Assembly: GCF_009914755.1 (NCBI RefSeq)
Contig: NC_060942.1
Source of the DNA: the human T2T-CHM13v2.0 reference genome, Homo sapiens
Reading direction: 5' to 3' (one strand)
DNA length: 64,000 nt
Part shown: piece after piece, positions 28,901-40,900 of the stretch
Layout: every line of letters starts with the position of its first letter
Position numbering within the stretch: the first letter of the stretch is position 1
Notes under the pieces: generated by a model
Seen by the model: the letters and a program-made list of their open reading frames with translations, nothing else
The model's database searches: none
What the model was told of the DNA's origin: nothing
Translations under genes and position numbers: made by a program

Positions 28901-31900
28901 TGGACATTTGGAGCGCTTTCAGGCCTATGTTGGAAAAGGAAATATCTTCCCATAACAACTAGACAGAAGCATTCTCAGAAACTTATTTGAGATGTGTGTA
29001 CTCAACTAAGAGAATTGAACCACCGTTTTGAAGGAGCAGTTTTGAAACACTCTTTTTCTGGAATCTGCAAGTGGATATTTGGCTAGCTTTGGGGATTTCG
29101 CTGGAAGCGGGAATACATATAAAAAGCACACAGCAGCGTTCTGAGAAACTGCTTTCTGATGTTTGCATTCAAGTCAAAAGTTGAACACTCCCTTTCATAG
29201 AGCAGTCTTGAAACACCCCTTTTGTAGTATCTGGAACTGGACTTTTGGAGCGATTTCAGGGCTAAGGTGAAAAAGGAAATATCTTCCCATAAAAACTGGA
29301 CAGAAGCATTCTCAGAAACTTGTTTATGCTGTATCTACTCAACTAACAAAGTTGAACCTTTCTTTTGATAGAGCAGTTTTGAAATGGTCTTTTTGTGGAA
29401 TCTGCAAGTGGATATTTGGCTAGTTTTGAGGATTTCGTTGGAAGCGGGAATTCATACAAATTGCAGACTGCAGCGTTCTGAGAAACATCTTTGTGATGTT
29501 TGTATTCAGGACACAGAGTTGAACATTCCCTATCATAGAGCAGGTTGGAATCACTCCTTTTGTAGTATCTGGAAGTGGACATTTGGAGCGCTTTCAGGCC
29601 TATTTTGGAAAGGGAAATATCTTCCCGTAACAACTATGCAGAAGCATTCTCAGAAACTTGTTTGTGATGTGTGCCCTCTACTGACAGAGTTGAACCTTTC
29701 TTTTCATAGAGCAGTTTTGAAACACTCTTTTTGTAGAATCTGCAAGAGGATATTTGCATAGCTTTGAGGATTTCGTGGGAAACGGGATTGTCTTCAGGTA
29801 AAATCTAGACAGAAGCATTCTCAGAAACTTCTTTGGGATGTTTGCATTCAAGTCACAGAGTAGAACATTCCCTTTGGTAGAGCAGGTTTGAAACACTCTT
29901 TTTGTAGTATCTGGAAGTGGACATTTGGAGCGCTTTCAGGCCCATGTTGGAAAAGGAAATATCTTCCCGTAACAACTAGGCAGAAGCATTCTCAGAAACT
30001 TATTTGAGATGTGTGTACTCAACTAAGAGAACTGAACCACCGTTTTGAAGGAGCAGTTTTGAAACACTCTTTTTCTGGAATCTGCAAGAGTATATTTGCC
30101 TAGCCTTGAGGATTTCGTTGGAAACGGGATTGTCTTCAGAGAAAATCTAGACAGAAGCATTCTCAGAAACTTCTTTGGGATGTTTGCATTCAAGTCACAG
30201 AGTAGAACATTCCCTTTGGTAGAGCAGGTTTGAAACACTCTTTTTTTAGTATATGGAAGTGGACATTTTGATCGCTTTCAGGCCTACGTTGGAAAAGGAA
30301 ATATCTTCCCATAACAACTAGACAGAAGCATTCTCAGAAACTAGTTTCTGATGTGTGTCCTCAACTAACACAGTTGAACATTTCTTTAGACAGAACAGTT
30401 TTGAAACACTCTTTTTGTGGAATCTGCAAGTGGCTATTTGGCTAGATTTGAGGATTTCGTTGGAAACGGGATTACATATAAAAAGCAGTCAGCAGCATTC
30501 TCAGAAAGTTCTTTGTGATGATTGCATTCAAGTCACAGAATTGAACATTCCCTTTCACAGAGCAGGTTTGAAACACTCTTTTTGTAGTGTGTGTAAGTGG
30601 ACATTTGGAGCGCTTTCCGGCCTAAGGTGAAAAAGGAAATATCTTCCCATAAAAACTAGACAGAAGCATTCTCAGAAACTTACTCGTGATGTGTGTCCTC
30701 AACTAAAGGAGTAGAACCTTTCTTTTCATAGAGAAGTTTTGAAACGCTCTTTTTGTGGAATCTGCAAGTGGATATTTGGCTAGTTTTGAGGATTTCGTTG
30801 GAAGCGGGAATTCATACAAATTGCAGACTGCAGCGTTCTGAGAAACATCTTTGTGATGTTTGTATTCAGGACACAGAGTTGAACATTCCCTATCATAGAG
30901 CAGGTTTGAATCACTCCTTTTGTAGTATCTGGAAGTGGACATTTGGAGCGCTTTCAGGCCTATGTTGGAAAAGGAAATATCTTCCCATAACAACTAGACA
31001 GAAGCATTCTCAGAAACTTATTTGAGATGTGTGTACTCAACTAAGAGAATTGAACCACCGTTTTGAAGGAGCAGTTTTGAAACACTCTTTTTCTGGAATC
31101 TGCAAGTGGATATTTGGCTAGCTTTGGGGATTTCGCTGGAAGCGGGAATACATATAAAAAGCACACAGCAGCGTTCTGAGAAACTGCTTTCTGATGTTTG
31201 CATTCAAGTCAAAAGTTGAACACTCCCTTTCATAGAGCAGTCTTGAAACACCCCTTTTGTAGTATCTGGAACTGGACTTTTGGAGCGATTTCAGGGCTAA
31301 GGTGAAAAAGGAAATATCTTCCCATAAAAACTGGACAGAAGCATTCTCAGAAACTTGTTTATGCTGTATCTACTCAACTAACAAAGTTGAACCTTTCTTT
31401 TGATAGAGCAGTTTTGAAATGGTCTTTTTGTGGAATCTGCAAGTGGATATTTGGCTAGTTTTGAGGATTTCGTTGGAAGCGGGAATTCATACAAATTGCA
31501 GACTGCAGCGTTCTGAGAAACATCTTTGTGATGTTTGTATTCAGGACACAGAGTTGAACATTCCCTATCATAGAGCAGGTTGGAATCACTCCTTTTGTAG
31601 TATCTGGAAGTGGACATTTGGAGCGCTTTCAGGCCTATTTTGGAAAGGGAAATATCTTCCCGTAACAACTATGCAGAAGCATTCTCAGAAACTTGTTTGT
31701 GATGTGTGCCCTCTACTGACAGAGTTGAACCTTTCTTTTCATAGAGCAGTTTTGAAACACTCTTTTTGTAGAATCTGCAAGAGGATATTTGCATAGCTTT
31801 GAGGATTTCGTGGGAAACGGGATTGTCTTCAGGTAAAATCTAGACAGAAGCATTCTCAGAAACTTCTTTGGGATGTTTGCATTCAAGTCACAGAGTAGAA

Positions 31901-34900
31901 CATTCCCTTTGGTAGAGCAGGTTTGAAACACTCTTTTTGTAGTATCTGGAAGTGGACATTTGGAGCGCTTTCAGGCCCATGTTGGAAAGGGAAATATCTT
32001 CCCGTAACAACTAGGCAGAAGCATTCTCAGAAACTTATTTGAGATGTGTGTACTCAACTAAGAGAATTGAACCACCGTTTTGAAGGAGCAGTTTTGAAAC
32101 ACTCTTTTTCTGGAATCTGCAAGAGTATATTTGCCTAGCCTTGAGGATTTCGTTGGAAACGGGATTGTCTTCAGAGAAAATCTAGACAGAAGCATTCTCA
32201 GAAACTTCTTTGGGATGTTTGCATTCAAGTCACAGAGTAGAACATTCCCTTTGGTAGAGCAGGTTTGAAACACTCTTTTTTTAGTATATGGAAGTGGACA
32301 TTTTGATCGCTTTCAGGCCTACGTTGGAAAAGGAAATATCTTCCCATAACAACTAGACAGAAGCATTCTCAGAAACTAGTTTCTGATGTGTGTCCTCAAC
32401 TAACACAGTTGAACATTTCTATAGACAGAACAGTTTTGAAACACTCTTTTTGTGGAATCTGCAAGTGGCTATTTGGCTAGATTTGAGGATTTCGTTGGAA
32501 ACGGGATTACATATAAAAAGCAGTCAGCAGCATTCTCAGAAAGTTCTTTGTGATGATTGCATTCAAGTCACAGAATTGAACATTCCCTTTCACAGAGCAG
32601 GTTTGAAACACTCTTTTTGTAGTGTGTGTAAGTGGACATTTGGAACCCTTACCGGCCTAAGGTGAAAAAGGAAATATCTTCCCATAAAAACTAGACAGAA
32701 GCATTCTCAGAAACTTACTCGTGATGTGTGTCCTCAACTAAAGGAGTAGAACCTTTCTTTTCATAGAGAAGTTTTGAAACGCTCTTTTTGTGGAATCTGC
32801 AAGTGGATATTTGGCTAGTTTTGAGGATTTCGTTGGAAGCGGGAATTCATACAAATTGCAGACTGCAGCGTTCTGAGAAACATCTTTGTGATGTTTGTAT
32901 TCAGGACACAGAGTTGAACATTCCCTATCATAGAGCAGGTTGGAATCACTCCTTTTGTAGTATCTGGAAGTGGACATTTGGAGCGCTTTCAGGCCTATGT
33001 TGCAAAAGGAAATATCTTCCCATAACAACTAGACAGAAGCATTCTCAGAAACTTATTTGAGATGTGTGTACTCAACTAAGAGAATTGAACCACCGTTTTG
33101 AAGGAGCAGTTTTGAAACACTCTTTTTCTGGAATCTGCAAGTGGATATTTGGCTAGCTTTGGGGATTTCGCTGGAAGCGGGAATACATATAAAAAGCACA
33201 CAGCAGCGTTCTGAGAAACTGCTTTCTGATGTTTGCATTCAAGTCAAAAGTTGAACACTCCCTTTCATAGAGCAGTCTTGAAACACCCCTTTTGTAGTAT
33301 CTGGAACTGGACTTTTGGAGCGATTTCAGGGCTAAGGTGAAAAAGGAAATATCTTCCCATAAAAACTGGACAGAAGCATTCTCAGAAACTTGTTTATGCT
33401 GTATCTACTCAACTAACAAAGTTGAACCTTTCTTTTGATAGAGCAGTTTTGAAATGGTCTTTTTGTGGAATCTGCAAGTGGATATTTGGCTAGTTTTGAG
33501 GATTTCGTTGGAAGCGGGAATTCATACAAATTGCAGACTGCAGCGTTCTGAGAAACATCTTTGTGATGTTTGTATTCAGGACACAGAGTTGAACATTCCC
33601 TATCATAGAGCAGGTTGGAATCACTCCTTTTGTAGTATCTGGAAGTGGACATTTGGAGCGCTTTCAGGCCTATTTTGGAAAGGGAAATATCTTCCCGTAA
33701 CAACTATGCAGAAGCATTCTCAGAAACTTGTTTGTGATGTGTGCCCTCTACTGACAGAGTTGAACCTTTCTTTTCATAGAGCAGTTTTGAAACACTCTTT
33801 TTGTAGAATCTGCAAGAGGATATTTGCATAGCTTTGAGGATTTCGTGGGAAACGGGATTGTCTTCAGGTAAAATCTAGACAGAAGCATTCTCAGAAACTT
33901 CTTTGGGATGTTTGCATTCAAGTCACAGAGTAGAACATTCCCTTTGGTAGAGCAGGTTTGAAACACTCTTTTTGTAGTATCTGGAAGTGGACATTTGGAG
34001 CGCTTTCAGGCCCATGTTGGAAAGGGAAATATCTTCCCGTAACAACTAGGCAGAAGCATTCTCAGAAACTTATTTGAGATGTGTGTACTCAACTAAGAAA
34101 ATTGAACCACCGTTTTGAAGGAGCAGTTTTGAAACACTCTTTTTCTGGAATCTGCAAGAGTATATTTGCCTAGCCTTGAGGATTTCGTTGGAAACGGGAT
34201 TGTATTCAGATAAAATCTAGACAGAAGCATTCTCAGAAACTTCTTTGGGATGTTTGCATTCAAGTCACAGAGTAGAACATTCCCTTTGGTAGAGCAGGTT
34301 TGAAACACTCTTTTTTTAGTATATGGAAGTGGACATTTTGATCGCTTTCAGGCCTACGTTGGAAAAGGAAATATCTTCCCATAACAACTAGACAGAAGCA
34401 TTCTCAGAAACTAGTTTCTGATGTGTGTCCTCAACTAACACAGTTGAACATTTCTATAGACAGAACAGTTTTGAAACACTCTTTTTGTGGAATCTGCAAG
34501 TGGCTATTTGGCTAGATTTGAGGATTTCGTTGGAAACGGGATTACATATAAAAAGCAGTCAGCAGCATTCTCAGAAAGTTCTTTGTGATGATTGCATTCA
34601 AGTCACAGAATTGAACATTCCCTTTCACAGAGCAGGTTTGAAACACTCTTTTTGTAGTGTGTGTAAGTGGACATTTGGAACCCTTACCGGCCTAAGGTGA
34701 AAAAGGAAATATCTTCCCATAAAAACTAGACAGAAGCATTCTCAGAAACTTACTCGTGATGTGTGTCCTCAACTAAAGGAGTAGAACCTTTCTTTTCATA
34801 GAGAAGTTTTGAAACGCTCTTTTTGTGGAATCTGCAAGTGGATATTTGGCTAGTTTTGAGGATTTCGTTGGAAGCGGGAATTCATACAAATTGCAGACTG

Positions 34901-37900
34901 CAGCGTTCTGAGAAACATCTTTGTGATGTTTGTATTCAGGACACAGAGTTGAACATTCCCTATCATAGAGCAGGTTGGAATCACTCCTTTTGTAGTATCT
35001 GGAAGTGGACATTTGGAGCGCTTTCAGGCCTATGTTGCAAAAGGAAATATCTTCCCATAACAACTAGACAGAAGCATTCTCAGAAACTTATTTGAGATGT
35101 GTGTACTCAACTAAGAGAATTGAACCACCGTTTTGAAGGAGCAGTTTTGAAACACTCTTTTTCTGGAATCTGCAAGTGGATATTTGGCTAGCTTTGGGGA
35201 TTTCGCTGGAAGCGGGAATACATATAAAAAGCACACAGCAGCGTTCTGAGAAACTGCTTTCTGATGTTTGCATTCAAGTCAAAAGTTGAACACTCCCTTT
35301 CATAGAGCAGTCTTGAAACACCCCTTTTGTAGTATCTGGAACTGGACTTTTGGAGCGATTTCAGGGCTAAGGTGAAAAAGGAAATATCTTCCCATAAAAA
35401 CTGGACAGAAGCATTCTCAGAAACTTGTTTATGCTGTATCTACTCAACTAACAAAGTTGAACCTTTCTTTTGATAGAGCAGTTTTGAAATGGTCTTTTTG
35501 TGGAATCTGCAAGTGGATATTTGGCTAGTTTTGAGGATTTCGTTGGAAGCGGGAATTCATACAAATTGCAGACTGCAGCGTTCTGAGAAACATCTTTGTG
35601 ATGTTTGTATTCAGGACACAGAGTTGAACATTCCCTATCATAGAGCAGGTTGGAATCACTCCTTTTGTAGTATCTGGAAGTGGACATTTGGAGCGCTTTC
35701 AGGCCTATTTTGGAAAGGGAAATATCTTCCCGTAACAACTATGCAGAAGCATTCTCAGAAACTTGTTTGTGATGTGTGCCCTCTACTGACAGAGTTGAAC
35801 CTTTCTTTTCATAGAGCAGTTTTGAAACACTCTTTTTGTAGAATCTGCAAGAGGATATTTGCATAGCTTTGAGGATTTCGTGGGAAACGGGATTGTCTTC
35901 AGGTAAAATCTAGACAGAAGCATTCTCAGAAACTTCTTTGGGATGTTTGCATTCAAGTCACAGAGTAGAACATTCCCTTTGGTAGAGCAGGTTTGAAACA
36001 CTCTTTTTGTAGTATCTGGAAGTGGACATTTGGAGCGCTTTCAGGCCCATGTTGGAAAAGGAAATATCTTCCCGTAGCAACTAGGCAGAAGCATTCTCAG
36101 AAACTTATTTGAGATGTGTGTACTCAACTAAGAGAATTGAACCACCGTTTTGAAGGAGCAGTTTTGAAACACTCTTTTTCTGGAATCTGCAAGAGTATAT
36201 TTGCCTAGCCTTGAGGATTTCGTTGGAAACGGGATTGTCTTCAGAGAAAATCTAGACAGAAGCATTCTCAGAAACTTCTTTGGGATGTTTGCATTCAAGT
36301 CACAGAGTAGAACATTCCCTTTGGTAGAGCAGGTTTGAAACACTCTTTTTTTAGTATATGGAAGTGGACATTTGGAGCGCTTTCAGGCCTACGTTGGAAA
36401 AGGAAATATCTTCCCATAACAACTAGACAGAAGCATTCTCAGAAACTAGTTTCTGATGTGTGTCCTCAACTAACACAGTTGAACATTTCTATAGACAGAA
36501 CAGTTTTGAAACACTCTTTTTGTGGAATCTGCAAGTGGCTATTTGGCTAGATTTGAGGATTTCGTTGGAAACGGGATTACATATAAAAAGCAGTCAGCAG
36601 CATTCTCAGAAAGTTCTTTGTGATGATTGCATTCAAGTCACAGAATTGAACATTCCCTTTCACAGAGCAGGTTTGAAACACTCTTTTTGTAGTGTGTGTA
36701 AGTGGACATTTGGAACCCTTACCGGCCTAAGGTGAAAAAGGAAATATCTTCCCATAAAAACTAGACAGAAGCATTCTCAGAAACTTACTCGTGATGTGTG
36801 CCCTCAACTAAAGGAGTAGAACCTTTCTTTTCATAGAGAAGTTTTGAAACGCTCTTTTTGTGGAATCTGCAAGTGGATATTTGGCTAGTTTTGAGGATTT
36901 CGTTGGAAGCGGGAATTCATACAAATTGCAGACTGCAGCGTTCTGAGAAACATCTTTGTGATGTTTGTATTCAGGACACAGATTTGAACATTCCCTATCA
37001 TAGAGCAGGTTTGAATCACTCCTTTTGTAGTATCTGGAAGTGGACATTTGGAGCGCTTTCAGGCCTATGTTGGAAAAGGAAATATCTTCCCATAACAACT
37101 AGACAGAAGCATTCTCAGAAACTTATTTGAGATGTGTGTACTCAACTAAGAGAATTGAACCACCGTTTTGAAGGAGCAGTTTTGAAACACTCTTTTTCTG
37201 GAATCTGCAAGTGGATATTTGGCTAGCTTTGGGGATTTCGCTGGAAGCGGGAATACATATAAAAAGCACACAGCAGCGTTCTGAGAAACTGCTTTCTGAT
37301 GTTTGCATTCAAGTCAAAAGTTGAACACTCCCTTTCATAGAGCAGTCTTGAAACACCCCTTTTGTAGTATCTGGAACTGGACTTTTGGAGCGATTTCAGG
37401 GCTAAGGTGAAAAAGGAAATATCTTCCCATAAAAACTGGACAGAAGCATTCTCAGAAACTTGTTTATGCTGTATCTACTCAACTAACAAAGTTGAACCTT
37501 TCTTTTGATAGAGCAGTTTTGAAATGGTCTTTTTGTGGAATCTGCAAGTGGATATTTGGCTAGTTTTGAGGATTTCGTTGGAAGCGGGAATTCATACAAA
37601 TTGCAGACTGCAGCGTTCTGAGAAACATCTTTGTGATGTTTGTATTCAGGACACAGAGTTGAACATTCCCTATCATAGAGCAGGTTGGAATCACTCCTTT
37701 TGTAGTATCTGGAAGTGGACATTTGGAGCGCTTTCAGGCCTATTTTGGAAAGGGAAATATCTTCCCGTAACAACTATGCAGAAGCATTCTCAGAAACTTG
37801 TTTGTGATGTGTGCCCTCTACTGACAGAGTTGAACCTTTCTTTTCATAGAGCAGTTTTGAAACACTCTTTTTGTAGAATCTGCAAGAGGATATTTGCATA

Positions 37901-40900
37901 GCTTTGAGGATTTCGTGGGAAACGGGATTGTCTTCAGGTAAAATCTAGACAGAAGCATTCTCAGAAACTTCTTTGGGATGTTTGCATTCAAGTCACAGAG
38001 TAGAACATTCCCTTTGGTAGAGCAGGTTTGAAACACTCTTTTTGTAGTATCTGGAAGTGGACATTTGGAGCGCTTTCAGGCCCATGTTGGAAAAGGAAAT
38101 ATCTTCCCGTAACAACTAGGCAGAAGCATTCTCAGAAACTTATTTGAGATGTGTGTACTCAACTAAGAGAATTGAACCACCGTTTTGAAGGAGCAGTTTT
38201 GAAACACTCTTTTTCTGGAATCTGCAAGAGTATATTTGCCTAGCCTTGAGGATTTCGTTGGAAACGGGATTGTCTTCAGAGAAAATCTAGACAGAAGCAT
38301 TCTCAGAAACTTCTTTGGGATGTTTGCATTCAAGTCACAGAGTAGAACATTCCCTTTGGTAGAGCAGGTTTGAAACACTCTTTTTTTAGTATATGGAAGT
38401 GGACATTTTGATCGCTTTCAGGCCTACGTTGGAAAAGGAAATATCTTCCCATAACAACTAGACAGAAGCATTCTCAGAAACTAGTTTCTGATGTGTGTCC
38501 TCAACTAACACAGTTGAACATTTCTTTAGACAGAACAGTTTTGAAACACTCTTTTTGTGGAATCTGCAAGTGGCTATTTGGCTAGATTTGAGGATTTCGT
38601 TGGAAACGGGATTACATATAAAAAGCAGTCAGCAGCATTCTCAGAAAGTTCTTTGTGATGATTGCATTCAAGTCACAGAATTGAACATTCCCTTTCACAG
38701 AGCAGGTTTGAAACACTCTTTTTGTAGTGTGTGTAAGTGGACATTTGGAGCGCTTTCCGGCCTAAGGTGAAAAAGGAAATATCTTCCCATAAAAACTAGA
38801 CAGAAGCATTCTCAGAAACTTACTCGTGATGTGTGCCCTCAACTAAAGGAGTAGAACCTTTCTTTTCATAGAGAAGTTTTGAAACGCTCTTTTTGTGGAA
38901 TCTGCAAGTGGATATTTGGCTAGTTTTGAGGATTTCGTTGGAAGCGGGAATTCATACAAATTGCAGACTGCAGCGTTCTGAGAAACATCTTTGTGATGTT
39001 TGTATTCAGGACACAGAGTTGAACATTCCCTATCATAGAGCAGGTTTGAATCACTCCTTTTGTAGTATCTGGAAGTGGACATTTGGAGCGCTTTCAGGCC
39101 TATGTTGGAAAAGGAAATATCTTCCCATAACAACTAGACAGAAGCATTCTCAGAAACTTATTTGAGATGTGTGTACTCAACTAAGAGAATTGAACCACCG
39201 TTTTGAAGGAGCAGTTTTGAAACACTCTTTTTCTGGAATCTGCAAGTGGATATTTGGCTAGCTTTGGGGATTTCGCTGGAAGCGGGAATACATATAAAAA
39301 GCACACAGCAGCGTTCTGAGAAACTGCTTTCTGATGTTTGCATTCAAGTCAAAAGTTGAACACTCCCTTTCATAGAGCAGTCTTGAAACACCCCTTTTGT
39401 AGTATCTGGAACTGGACTTTTGGAGCGATTTCAGGGCTAAGGTGAAAAAGGAAATATCTTCCCATAAAAACTGGACAGAAGCATTCTCAGAAACTTGTTT
39501 ATGCTGTATCTACTCAACTAACAAAGTTGAACCTTTCTTTTGATAGAGCAGTTTTGAAATGGTCTTTTTGTGGAATCTGCAAGTGGATATTTGGCTAGTT
39601 TTGAGGATTTCGTTGGAAGCGGGAATTCATACAAATTGCAGACTGCAGCGTTCTGAGAAACATCTTTGTGATGTTTGTATTCAGGACACAGAGTTGAACA
39701 TTCCCTATCATAGAGCAGGTTGGAATCACTCCTTTTGTAGTATCTGGAAGTGGACATTTGGAGCGCTTTCAGGCCTATTTTGGAAAGGGAAATATCTTCC
39801 CGTAACAACTATGCAGAAGCATTCTCAGAAACTTGTTTGTGATGTGTGCCCTCTACTGACAGAGTTGAACCTTTCTTTTCATAGAGCAGTTTTGAAACAC
39901 TCTTTTTGTAGAATCTGCAAGAGGATATTTGCATAGCTTTGAGGATTTCGTGGGAAACGGGATTGTCTTCAGGTAAAATCTAGACAGAAGCATTCTCAGA
40001 AACTTCTTTGGGATGTTTGCATTCAAGTCACAGAGTAGAACATTCCCTTTGGTAGAGCAGGTTTGAAACACTCTTTTTGTAGTATCTGGAAGTGGACATT
40101 TGGAGCGCTTTCAGGCCCATGTTGGAAAAGGAAATATCTTCCCGTAACAACTAGGCAGAAGCATTCTCAGAAACTTATTTGAGATGTGTGTACTCAACTA
40201 AGAGAATTGAACCACCGTTTTGAAGGAGCAGTTTTGAAACACTCTTTTTCTGGAATCTGCAAGAGTATATTTGCCTAGCCTTGAGGATTTCGTTGGAAAC
40301 GGGATTGTCTTCAGAGAAAATCTAGACAGAAGCATTCTCAGAAACTTCTTTGGGATGTTTGCATTCAAGTCACAGAGTAGAACATTCCCTTTGGTAGAGC
40401 AGGTTTGAAACACTCTTTTTTTAGTATATGGAAGTGGACATTTTGATCGCTTTCAGGCCTACGTTGGAAAAGGAAATATCTTCCCATAACAACTAGACAG
40501 AAGCATTCTCAGAAACTAGTTTCTGATGTGTGCCCTCAACTAACACAGTTGAACATTTCTATAGACAGAACAGTTTTGAAACACTCTTTTTGTGGAATCT
40601 GCAAGTGGCTATTTGGCTAGATTTGAGGATTTCGTTGGAAACGGGATTACATATAAAAAGCAGTCAGCAGCATTCTCAGAAAGTTCTTTGTGATGATTGC
40701 ATTCAAGTCACAGAATTGAACATTCCCTTTCACAGAGCAGGTTTGAAACACGCTTTTTGTAGTGTGTGTAAGTGGACATTTGGAACCCTTACCGGCCTAA
40801 GGTGAAAAAGGAAATATCTTCCCATAAAAACTAGACAGAAGCATTCTCAGAAACTTACTCGTGATGTGTGCCCTCAACTAAAGGAGTAGAACCTTTCTTT

